Shown here in pieces: positions 1 to 8,726 of a DNA stretch of 41,599 nt. The first letter of the stretch is position 1. Every line of letters begins with the position of its first letter. The DNA lies in contig CAZAXT010000004.1 of assembly GCA_964489295.1 (NCBI GenBank), positions 1 through 41,599 on the forward strand. Direction: 5' to 3'. The notes under the pieces were generated by a model. The model made no database searches. It was not told the DNA's origin and was given only the letters and a program-made list of their open reading frames with translations. The stretch is from an uncultured Candidatus Saccharibacteria bacterium (GTDB lineage Bacteria; Patescibacteriota; Saccharimonadia; QS-5-54-17). Position numbers and translations under genes: made by a program.

Positions 1-3000
1 GTGTCGGTTTCGTCCGAATTGATAGCGGACATCAATTCCTCACGTGCTGATTGTTTGCTGTCATCTTGAGGAGGTTGGATGACGGCTTCATCGCCCGAAC
101 CGGCTTGGCTGGACTGTGGCGGCTGGGACTGCCCATCGACTCGGGTATGGTCCGCACCGGGTTGTTCCTGGCCAGCACCTGCGGTCGAACCGGCGGTCGC
201 GGCAGATTGATCAGGAATCTGATAGACGCTCGCATCAGGCGCCTGGGACGGGGACGGGGACGGTGCAGCGGATTGTTGTTGGTTTGGCGGGTCGGGTTGT
301 TGCGAATAGGCGGAAGATTGCGGATTTTGGGTCTGGTTACCAGCTTGGTCCTCCGAAGACATATACGCTTCCGTGCCCGGCTGCTGGTTGCCCGGATGCT
401 GGTTGCCCGCTGTTGCTCCGTCGCTAGCTTGTGAAGGTTGAGACGATTGCGGCGTGGAACCGGGTGTTCGGGATTGGTCCGCATCCGGTGTGTTAGGTGA
501 TTGGTTGGCTGTCATACTACCCTCCTGTGACATATTATACCCATTCTGCTGATATCCGCTCGGTCGGTTGGTCTGGACGTCACCGGATCGTACCCGATGT
601 CGTTGCGGTGCTAATTGTTGCGGATCATCGTTTGATCCTTGATTACGATCCACTGAAGATCCCTGCGAACCCTGACCAACCGAGGCATTACCCTGAGCGG
701 GCGCTTCTCCGCCTTGTTCTGTGCCCGAGGAAGACGGTCCACCAGCGGGACTTTGTGACGACGACTGTCCGCTTTGCCCGGTGTCACCACCCAGCGCGGA
801 GCGACGCTTGGCCAGCCATTCATCCAAGAATGACGAGCCGCTACTCCCGCTTTTGCTAGCACCACTTTGTGCACCCTGTGAACTCTGTGTCTGCGCGGAC
901 TGGGACGCGCCCGTGGAAGCAGGTACCGATTCTTCTCCTTGTGAACTGGCTAAACTCTCGTACGGATTCGGTGGCGGTTTGGTCGAGAGTCGCTCAAATA
1001 TTTCATCTTCGACTTCCTTCCGCGGCCGCCCGTACTTAGCATTGGACAACTGCTTCAACGCTTGGGCCAATTCCGGATTCCCTTCTTCCAACGGCGGTAT
1101 GGTAGTCATGTTGAAGGGTTGGGTCGGCAAACCCTGGCTCATGAGTCGGACTGCCGCATGATAGTTGGGCAGGTTGACCAGATCCCGGTCATTGAAGGTC
1201 GGTGAGAATTGTTTCACCAAAAAGTCGGCGTCGTTCGGGCCCGTACGTAAACTGACAATGGTACCCACGTTCCCGAAGACGGCCTCACGGACTTCTTCGC
1301 TGAGCTGACTGATAAACTGGTTGGCCACGATCATGTTCAGATGGTACTTCCGGGCTTCGGAGAGAATAAAAGCGAACGACTCGGTTGAGAAATTTTGGAA
1401 CTCATCGATGTAGAATGAGAAATCGATCCGGTCATCCTCGGCCTGGTTGGCCCGGCTCATAGCCGCCGCTTGGAATTTCATCACGAAAATCATACCTAGC
1501 AGCATGGAATTAAGTTCGCCGAGCCGCCCTTTGCTCAGATTGGCGATCAGAATCTTGCGGTTGTCCATGACATCGCGGAGATCGAAAGAGCTTTGGGATT
1601 GGCCGATGATGTTGCGCATCATCTGGTTACTTAAGAACGCACCGAATTTGGACACGAACCAACTGACCATTTCCCCGAAATCACTGGAGCGCTGCGCCTG
1701 GGGCATCTCTTTTTGCCAGAATTCCAGCACCGTCTTGTCTTCCACGTACTGGAGCTTTTCCTTGACGAATTGGGAGTCGCGGAACAGCTTACTAATATCG
1801 ATAAAAGTACCGCCGTGCGGATCGGCCATAACGGTCAAAGCGGCGTTGCGGAACATATGATGATAGCGCGGCCCCACGATACCCTGCTGGTGCGGATCGT
1901 ACAGCTTCTCCAGCATGTTGATGGCTTCCTGGATAAGGAAGTCTTTTTGGTCTTCGGTGTAGTATTCGAACAAATTGAGCCCCGGTGGATGCTCCATATC
2001 GCCGGGATCGAAATAAATCACATCCTCGCTGCGCTCCTTGGGTACCATGCCGAGTAGTTTTTCGGCCGCGTCGCCGTGCGGGTCAATGAAGGCGATACCT
2101 TTGCCGTCCCGCATGTCCTGGGTCATCATGTTTTCCAGCAAAACGGATTTGCCGGTACCGGTCTGACCCACGATGTAAACGTGGCGCCGACGGTCGTCAT
2201 CACTGAGCCGGATTTGCTTTTTTACCCCGCGATAAACGTTGTAACCGATAAGCAGGCCGTCCTGGCTCAACTGGGAAGGACCTTCCACCTGCTTAGAGTA
2301 CTGACGTTGCACTTGACTGGTCTGGGTGAATTGGGCGTCCGGAAAGTGGAAGATGGTCGAAAGTTCGGTGCTGTTTAATATCATCTGTCGCCGTTCCGGC
2401 GGGAAAAACCGGAAGATGAAGTCGGTCACGAATTGCTCCATGTTTTTGGCCGGCTTGAAAGTGAATCCGTTCAACCCTTGAGCGTCGAACATGGAAAATG
2501 ATGAGACAATGTTATTTCCGATCACCTGGGCCCGACTGGCCGTACCCGACGAGGTGATAACACGTATCAGGACTTCGTAGCCGGTGTGTTTGGCTTTCTC
2601 TTCGATAGAATCAGCGGCCGTCTGCTCCAAATTACTCAGTTGTTTTGGTTTGCCACCGCCCTCATCGTCACCTTTCCCCTCGGGCGGCTTGAATGGCGCC
2701 TGCAGAATGTGTTTGACAGAAAACCCGGAACTGTCTTTGTCTTCACGCTTTTCCTTGGCTACGGATTCGGCGTTTTTCGTCCATTCCTCACGCGCCGGGC
2801 GGAGCAGGATCTGTATACCGGCTCCGTCTCCCTCCTCAAGAGAGGTTAAGGAGTTGAGAATCCCCTCCATAGTGTTGCGCTTGAGCTGATCAAAGGTCGC
2901 GATCGGGTAGGGGTAATCCTGTTTTAAGACCAACTCTCCACCGTAAGTGCCGCTGATTTTACCCGTCTGGCTGAAAATGTTGTGGTCTTCGACTTCTTCC

Positions 3001-3407
3001 AGGCTGGCGCCCGGATAGGCAGTCAGAATCGCTTGCTTGACCACCTCTACCATGGCGACCGGTACCGCCGCGTAAAACTGGATGATGCCGTCGACCGCGA
3101 TCAGCTCGAAGGCGATATGGCGCTGTCCGAAAAATTTACTTTTGAACCCTTTGGTCGCCGTGCTGGCGATCAGATTATACAGGACTTCGGCTTGGGATAT
3201 TCGTTCGTGTATAACTTCGCGGACATCCCGTGCGCCAACCTCAACGTCTTCGCTCGGCGGAGGCAGACTGATTAAAATCGGCACCATTTTGATGCCGCGT
3301 TCAATACTTTTAGCGTAGCGGAGACCCCGGCGATACAGGAGATAACCACCGGCTAGTACGACTCCCACAATAAATAGTAATACGGCGATGATGACTATCG
3401 TCTGCAT
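1..3407 (-). CDS. Type IV secretion coupling-protein-like ATPase (VirD4/TraG/TraD type, membrane anchored); 3' end runs off the left edge
   Basis: Not in the supplied track because it has no stop inside the window. My translation of the minus strand from ATG 3407..3405 stays open down to position 3 (>1135 codons). It has an N-terminal TM helix MQTIVIIAVLLFIVGVVLAGGYLLY, Walker A VYIVGQTGTGKSVLLEN, Walker B FSFYIDEFQNF and an ANQFISQL motif typical of TraG/VirD4 NTPases. The '+' ORFs listed for 51..3318 are antisense shadows. Confidence 0.8.
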   Translation of the reverse strand, partial: MQTIVIIAVLLFIVGVVLAGGYLLYRRGLRYAKSIERGIKMVPILISLPPPSEDVEVGARDVREVIHERISQAEVLYNLIASTATKGFKSKFFGQRHIAFELIAVDGIIQFYAAVPVAMVEVVKQAILTAYPGASLEEVEDHNIFSQTGKISGTYGGELVLKQDYPYPIATFDQLKRNTMEGILNSLTSLEEGDGAGIQILLRPAREEWTKNAESVAKEKREDKDSSGFSVKHILQAPFKPPEGKGDDEGGGKPKQLSNLEQTAADSIEEKAKHTGYEVLIRVITSSGTASRAQVIGNNIVSSFSMFDAQGLNGFTFKPAKNMEQFVTDFIFRFFPPERRQMILNSTELSTIFHFPDAQFTQTSQVQRQYSKQVEGPSQLSQDGLLIGYNVYRGVKKQIRLSDDDRRRHVYIVGQTGTGKSVLLENMMTQDMRDGKGIAFIDPHGDAAEKLLGMVPKERSEDVIYFDPGDMEHPPGLNLFEYYTEDQKDFLIQEAINMLEKLYDPHQQGIVGPRYHHMFRNAALTVMADPHGGTFIDISKLFRDSQFVKEKLQYVEDKTVLEFWQKEMPQAQRSSDFGEMVSWFVSKFGAFLSNQMMRNIIGQSQSSFDLRDVMDNRKILIANLSKGRLGELNSMLLGMIFVMKFQAAAMSRANQAEDDRIDFSFYIDEFQNFSTESFAFILSEARKYHLNMIVANQFISQLSEEVREAVFGNVGTIVSLRTGPNDADFLVKQFSPTFNDRDLVNLPNYHAAVRLMSQGLPTQPFNMTTIPPLEEGNPELAQALKQLSNAKYGRPRKEVEDEIFERLSTKPPPNPYESLASSQGEESVPASTGASQSAQTQSSQGAQSGASKSGSSGSSFLDEWLAKRRSALGGDTGQSGQSSSQSPAGGPSSSGTEQGGEAPAQGNASVGQGSQGSSVDRNQGSNDDPQQLAPQRHRVRSGDVQTNRPSGYQQNGYNMSQEGSMTANQSPNTPDADQSRTPGSTPQSSQPSQASDGATAGNQHPGNQQPGTEAYMSSEDQAGNQTQNPQSSAYSQQPDPPNQQQSAAPSPSPSQAPDASVYQIPDQSAATAGSTAGAGQEQPGADHTRVDGQSQPPQSSQAGSGDEAVIQPPQDDSKQSAREELMSAINSDETD

Positions 3408-3428
3408 CTCTCACAGTGCCTTCCCGTT

Positions 3429-3914
3429 CTAGCGTGCGGCTTTAATGTCTCTGCCATACCGCTTCTTGTGGTATTCGATTTGTAGTTTTTCGAATTCTGC
3501 TTCCTGGGCGTGAGGGTCATCTTTGGTGCTATCGATGATTTCCTTGGCTTTATTCACCCACGCTTTTTCGATCACATCGACATCATCGGCAACCGCCGGC
3601 ATGGATGAAGCGGCAGCTGTGTTTTGAGCGGTATCGGTTTGTTGGGATGTATCCGCATCATCCTGATCGTCATCAGTTTGATCATCAGCCACGTGCGGCA
3701 ATATGACCCGATCGTCCCGATCGACCGCTTCCATGGGGCGTTGTTGTTCTTGCTGAGCCGGTGCTTGTTCGGCCTGCGTTGGCTCACTCGGCGCTGCCTC
3801 TGGTTGTGCCAGATTCGTTTGGGGTAGTTGCTCACCTGTCTCTCCAGCAGTTTCCCCGAATTGGGACGGGTCATACTGCTCCGGAGTTTGGTTACCTTGC
3901 GCCATACTATACAT
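3429..3914 (-). CDS. Hypothetical acidic, Q/E/D/A-rich protein, probably co-transcribed with the coupling ATPase (21-nt gap)
   Basis: 161-aa ORF with a low-complexity acidic N-terminal half and a helical C-terminus. A TATACT box at 3921..3916 suggests the real start may be the second Met, at 3905. Confidence 0.5.
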   Translation of the reverse strand: MYSMAQGNQTPEQYDPSQFGETAGETGEQLPQTNLAQPEAAPSEPTQAEQAPAQQEQQRPMEAVDRDDRVILPHVADDQTDDDQDDADTSQQTDTAQNTAAASSMPAVADDVDVIEKAWVNKAKEIIDSTKDDPHAQEAEFEKLQIEYHKKRYGRDIKAAR

Positions 3915-4121
3915 TAGTATAACAAACCGTTGTGCATTCTCACACCACGTATGTCCGGAAATATCGGCAAAATGGCTCAGTATGAATATACCCTGCAGGC
4001 TTTATCACACGATTTGCATATCTTACGCGTTATTTTAGCTGAACCGAAAAGTCTCATATTCGACGACCATTTCCCGATCGTGCTTCAAAAACGGCGGATC
4101 ATACACGGGCGTACATCCCGT

Positions 4122-6923
4122 TTATTCCGTAGTGGCACCGTGTTCGTGGGCTAATACATCCTGTATGTGCTTCATACGTTCCTCGATGTGCGCTTCGGTC
4201 AGTGTCGCTTCGTGGGCTTGCAATTCAAAATGAATGGTCACGGCTTTCCGTTCATCTTTGTAGTATTCGTCGCGGAAGCTCGCGATAGCGTTTTCGACGG
4301 TTTCCAGGCTGCACCGTATGTCCTGCCATCGGGTATGCGGTGGGACCAGTACGGTGAGGTCGCGATAACTACTCTGGTATTTGGGTAATGGACGAAATCG
4401 TGCCGACTGCCACAGCCGCAATATCGCTGTCACGTCCAACTCCGCGTACATGACCGTCTCCCGTGACTTCAGGGAATCCAGAATGTCCGGGTGCATTTCT
4501 CCGAACCATCCGAGCGATTCTTCCCCGTTCCGGAGCGTAGCTTGGCGGGCTGGATGTAGAAACGGATTCTCCTGCTCTCCTTTGATGTCGGCTTGGATCT
4601 GAGCATGAGCCAGCAATTGATCTATATGATGCTTCAGGCGTAATACCGTTTCGGCTTTGGCGGCAATACCAAGCTTAAGATGTTCCGTCGGCAATTCTTG
4701 CTCAGCTTCAGGAACGAAGACCCGGGCGATCTCGAAGACGCCGAACTCCTCCGCGTACGCCGTGTTATTCGTTACGGTGCGAACGAGCAACGGGAGCAAC
4801 GTCGTACGGAGATACGCCTGCTCCTGGGAGCGCGGATTGGCTAATTTGAGATGCTTTTTATCCAGATTGAATGTTGTAATATCGTCTTCACTTATGAAAG
4901 GGTACGTCGTGACTTCGAATAACCCGAGTCCGTACAACAACCACCGGATTTCATTCAGGCGATACCAATATTCGTCCGGTGTTACATTATGGGGGTGCCA
5001 CGTCGGCAGTGTGGATGGAATTTCATCCAGCCCGATTAATTTGACCAGTTCTTCGACCACGTCTTCCGTCATGGTCACATCCGGCCGCCACCACGGCACG
5101 GTGACCGTCACCATGTCACCCGGATCATCAAGGTAGCGTCGAGCTCCGAGATAACTATCATCCTCAGTGAATTCCGACAGATCGGTTTCGATAACCCCTT
5201 GTTCGTCACGTTCTACCCATTCGTTATCTTTCCGGGTGTATTGGGCGACAGTCACAACTTTCCCGTCTCCGATGTAGATGCCGTTATGGCCGACCCGCTT
5301 TTCTTCTTCCAGTTCGTGCTTGGTATGACTGCCATCCGACTCACGGGTATAGTAATGATCGGTACTGGAGCGCTCGATTTTACCCTCGTAAAACACCACA
5401 TCACCCGCTTGCAATGCTTCCACCTCCACGGGTGTACCGTGTTCGAACTGCCCCAACGCCGTATGCCCGATATGCACGCCGACCAATGAGTATATATAGT
5501 CCACCAAATATGAGCAGTCGAACGCATCGGTGCCGTCAGTTTTATACGAAGCACCCCACTTGTACGGCTTTCCCAGATGCTCCCGGGTTTCGGCCACAAT
5601 GTCGAACGGGCGGGCTTCGAACTCTAATGTACGCAGTTGATCAGCGATCACCTCCCGACTCAAGTCATCGACACCGCTGAGCACGGAAGTCCGGGACGTG
5701 GAAATACCGATGTGCTGGATCCATGGCCACGCATTTCGCTCAGTATTGTATGCAACGACTTCAGCCCGTGCGTACTCCTGGAAAAGCCGGATGGCGTATC
5801 GCAGCGCATGCCGGACCGCCTGCATGGGGATCCCGCGTTCGAACCGGGCACTGGCCTCAGTTCTCAGACCGTGGCGCTTGGCTGACGTGCGGACCAGCGC
5901 ACTGTCAAAAGTGGCCGCCTCCAGAGCAATGGTTTCAGTTTGAGAGGTTATCTCGCTCTCCTGACCGCCGATAACTCCCGCCAGTGCCAGCGGTTTATCG
6001 TCATCGGCAATCACCAGGTCGCTACTGTTCAAATTTCGTTCCACGCCATCCAGTGTTGTCAGTGCTTCATCGGAGCGGGCGAACCGGATGTGTACCTTGT
6101 CCTTGATGGCTGCGTCATCAAAAGCATGGAGCGGTTGACCGGTGACAAGCATAGCGTAATTGGTGATATCCACCACAGTACTCATCGGCTTGATGCCATG
6201 GAACCGCAAGCGACGCTGCATCCACACCGGTGACTCACTGTCTATCTCTTCTCCCAGTTTCAATCGCACGAGGCCGTAGCATGAAACCGATTCCGGAACA
6301 TGATTTTCGAACAAGTCCGCTACTCGCTCTCCTTGTGAATCCGGTTTTTGTTCGAGGTCAAAAATATGGGTTGCCTCAGTGTGGGCAGCCACTTCACGAG
6401 CTATGCCTATATAACCTTGGACATCCCATCGATTTGTTGGTGTATCTACATCAATTACGGTGTAACGGTCGTCATATATAGCATGAAGCGGAGTGCCGGG
6501 TTCGACTTCCGGCCCCAAGTCCAGAATGCCTTCATGGGACTCGCCGAGCCCGAGTTCCCGCTCGCTGCACAGCATACCCTGGGACGTTTGGCCGCGGATT
6601 TCCGTTTCCTGGATTTCGGTCCCATCAGGCAATAACGCGCCGACACGCGCTAAAACGACTCGCTGCCCCTCGTACAGGTTGGGCGCACCGCAGACAATTT
6701 CGTATTGTTCGTCATCCACTTCGACCGTTGCCAGCCGAAGCTTATCGGCATCGGGGTGCGCTGCGACTTTTTTGACCGTCGCGGCTATGATGGCGTCATC
6801 GAACTCAGGCGGGCGGATGGTATCTTCTACCTCCAGCCCGGCTTTTTCCAGCGCCGTTTCTATCTGGGCGACGCTCAACTGCTCGGATAAAAACTCGTTC
6901 AACCACTCGACGACTACTTTCAT
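4122..6923 (-). CDS. pheT: Phenylalanine--tRNA ligase beta subunit carrying a ~160-aa inserted NlpC/P60-like domain
   Basis: 933-aa ORF with the expected PheT domain order: tRNA-binding domain (VAAHPDADKLRLATVEV), B3/4 (VVDITNYAMLVTGQPLHAFD), B5 (PWWRPDVTMTEDVVEELVKLIGLDEIP), core and a C-terminal FDX-ACB domain. It lies directly downstream of pheS. Confidence 0.95.
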   Translation of the reverse strand: MKVVVEWLNEFLSEQLSVAQIETALEKAGLEVEDTIRPPEFDDAIIAATVKKVAAHPDADKLRLATVEVDDEQYEIVCGAPNLYEGQRVVLARVGALLPDGTEIQETEIRGQTSQGMLCSERELGLGESHEGILDLGPEVEPGTPLHAIYDDRYTVIDVDTPTNRWDVQGYIGIAREVAAHTEATHIFDLEQKPDSQGERVADLFENHVPESVSCYGLVRLKLGEEIDSESPVWMQRRLRFHGIKPMSTVVDITNYAMLVTGQPLHAFDDAAIKDKVHIRFARSDEALTTLDGVERNLNSSDLVIADDDKPLALAGVIGGQESEITSQTETIALEAATFDSALVRTSAKRHGLRTEASARFERGIPMQAVRHALRYAIRLFQEYARAEVVAYNTERNAWPWIQHIGISTSRTSVLSGVDDLSREVIADQLRTLEFEARPFDIVAETREHLGKPYKWGASYKTDGTDAFDCSYLVDYIYSLVGVHIGHTALGQFEHGTPVEVEALQAGDVVFYEGKIERSSTDHYYTRESDGSHTKHELEEEKRVGHNGIYIGDGKVVTVAQYTRKDNEWVERDEQGVIETDLSEFTEDDSYLGARRYLDDPGDMVTVTVPWWRPDVTMTEDVVEELVKLIGLDEIPSTLPTWHPHNVTPDEYWYRLNEIRWLLYGLGLFEVTTYPFISEDDITTFNLDKKHLKLANPRSQEQAYLRTTLLPLLVRTVTNNTAYAEEFGVFEIARVFVPEAEQELPTEHLKLGIAAKAETVLRLKHHIDQLLAHAQIQADIKGEQENPFLHPARQATLRNGEESLGWFGEMHPDILDSLKSRETVMYAELDVTAILRLWQSARFRPLPKYQSSYRDLTVLVPPHTRWQDIRCSLETVENAIASFRDEYYKDERKAVTIHFELQAHEATLTEAHIEERMKHIQDVLAHEHGATTE

Positions 6924-7056
6924 GATTTAAATCCTAAATTATTATAAATTCGAAACTCTAAACAATTCCCAAATCCTAAATCATAAACATTACAGTTCCG
7001 AACATTGGCATTTTGATGTTGTTTCGTATTTTGCGCTTCGTATTTAATATTTGCCA
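6924..7056. repeat. AT-rich imperfect-palindromic element, copy 1 (pheS-pheT spacer)
   Basis: 133-nt spacer that is collinear with 37150..37280. Both share the word order aaactctaaa, atcctaaa, tcataa, gtttcgta(t/a)tt, ttcg(t/a)attta. Confidence 0.5.
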
Positions 7057-8073
7057 TTAAAACTGCTCCAGGAATTTTAGGTTGGGTCGCCACAACTCAC
7101 GTAAATCGGGGACCTGGTATTTGACCGCCGCTAGCCGCTCCAGGCCGAATCCGAAGGCGAAACCACTGTAGACTGCCGGATCAATGCCGACATTCCGCAA
7201 AACCTGGGGATGCACCATACCGGAACCGCCCAATTCTACCCAACCACTGCCTTTGCAGACTTTGCAGCTTACGCGGGTATCGTCATCGCACATCATGCAG
7301 CTGGCGTCGACCTCGGCCGAGGGTTCCGTATACGGAAAATAATCGGGGCGCAACCGAAGCTGCGTGTCTTCACCGAATACGCCTTTGAGCATAAATTCCA
7401 GTGTGCCTTTGAGATCGCTCAGACGGATATTTTCATCCACCACCAGACCCTCGACCTGGCGAAAGCTCCATAAGTGCGTCGCGTCCTCATCTTCATTGCG
7501 ATAGACTTTGCCGGGCGAAATTATACGAACGGGGGGCTTGTTTTGCTCCATATAGCGAATTTGGACTGCCGATGTCTGGGTTCTCGGAATAGTACCATCT
7601 TCCAGATAAAACGTATCCTGTGTATCCCGAGCAGGATGTTCAGGTGGTTGATTGAGCGCTTCAAAGTTATACCAGTCGGTCTCGACTTCGGGACCTTCTA
7701 CTACCTCGAATCCGATCTGTTGAAACAGCCGGATCACGTCGTATTGCAACGTCTCCACCGGGTGCAGCCGACCCCGATCCGGACCGAGGCCGGGGCGGGT
7801 CAAGTCCACGTATTGCTGCGTCTGGGTTTCGAGTCGCTCCGCACGTACATGTTCGCGTCGTTTCTCCAGTGCATCTTCCAGCTGCTTCTTGTAGCGATTT
7901 AGAGTTTTACCCTGCTCGCTCCGTTTCTCTTCAGGTAATTCACTGATACCTCGCAGCGCCCGGGTCAACTCCCCTTTACGGCCCAGATATGCCACCCGGA
8001 TCTCTTCCAGTTCTTCCTCGGTCTGAGCCGCCTCGATCTTTTTGACCGCATTGGTTACATCACGTTGCTTCAT
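7057..8073 (-). CDS. pheS: Phenylalanine--tRNA ligase alpha subunit
   Basis: 338-aa ORF with class II aaRS motifs (RPDYFPYTEPSAEVD, GSGMVHPQVL, GFAFGFGLERLA). Its start overlaps the upstream gene's stop by 1 nt. Confidence 0.95.
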   Translation of the reverse strand: MKQRDVTNAVKKIEAAQTEEELEEIRVAYLGRKGELTRALRGISELPEEKRSEQGKTLNRYKKQLEDALEKRREHVRAERLETQTQQYVDLTRPGLGPDRGRLHPVETLQYDVIRLFQQIGFEVVEGPEVETDWYNFEALNQPPEHPARDTQDTFYLEDGTIPRTQTSAVQIRYMEQNKPPVRIISPGKVYRNEDEDATHLWSFRQVEGLVVDENIRLSDLKGTLEFMLKGVFGEDTQLRLRPDYFPYTEPSAEVDASCMMCDDDTRVSCKVCKGSGWVELGGSGMVHPQVLRNVGIDPAVYSGFAFGFGLERLAAVKYQVPDLRELWRPNLKFLEQF

Positions 8074-8429
8074 TATGCTCGCATCCGCCGCATATAAAAA
8101 TCTATTACCACCACTAAGACAGTTATGAGAATGATATCCGTAATCGTCAGTTGACGCAAACTGTTTAAGGCCAGCAACGCCACCGCCCAGACGGCGATCA
8201 GAAAACCGCGTGGTAGAGCACGCATGAACCCGCGGGAGCTATAATCTTTTCGTCTACGATATATGAGGTACGTCGTTGCTATGGTAACCACCACGAGTAA
8301 TAACGCGAACCAGATCGTGATGCCGAACGGCCCCAGATCATTCGGGCTGGTGAAAAACACGGATGCGACCAAACCGACAGCGATAAGCACGCTTCCAAGC
8401 TGCAAACCACGAATGAGTTTTGTAGACAT
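8073..8429 (-). CDS. Small integral membrane protein (3-4 TM helices), first gene of the pheST transcription unit
   Basis: 118-aa hydrophobic ORF. A TATACT box at 8441..8436 ends 6 nt before the ATG, and there is no SD, so the mRNA looks leaderless. Confidence 0.6.
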   Translation of the reverse strand: MSTKLIRGLQLGSVLIAVGLVASVFFTSPNDLGPFGITIWFALLLVVVTIATTYLIYRRRKDYSSRGFMRALPRGFLIAVWAVALLALNSLRQLTITDIILITVLVVVIDFYMRRMRA

Positions 8430-8700
8430 AGGGGTAGTATAACAGAGCGCGCGACACGCAGAGGAATGTATAAACAGTTAAGATAAATGTGAATTTATCC
8501 GTTAAGCTTCACCTGCAGCCTATCTGATGGGTCGAGAGTATGGCAAAACACGTTCGCGGAAATCGGGTGCACCTTTAACATTGCTTAAATACGGAGTCTG
8601 TTTGTGGACATTTAAAGAATACAGCCTTCAGTTACGGTATTGTGCTCGAATTATTTCAAGCTGCGAGATGGCTAATATACGTAGTGCCAACCGGATAACG

Positions 8701-8726
8701 AAAAAACCGGACATATGTATGCCCGG
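8701..8726 (-). terminator. Rho-independent terminator
   Basis: On the minus strand, CCGGGCAU-ACAU-AUGUCCGG forms an 8-bp stem followed by UUUUUU. Confidence 0.65.

Noticed and set aside
51-3318. About 15 '+' strand ORFs of 60-150 aa in the supplied track
   Set aside because: They all lie antisense to one uninterrupted minus-strand ORF (1..3407) that has clear Walker A/B and TraG/VirD4 motifs. Their translations are low-complexity Arg/Leu/Gly-rich shadows.
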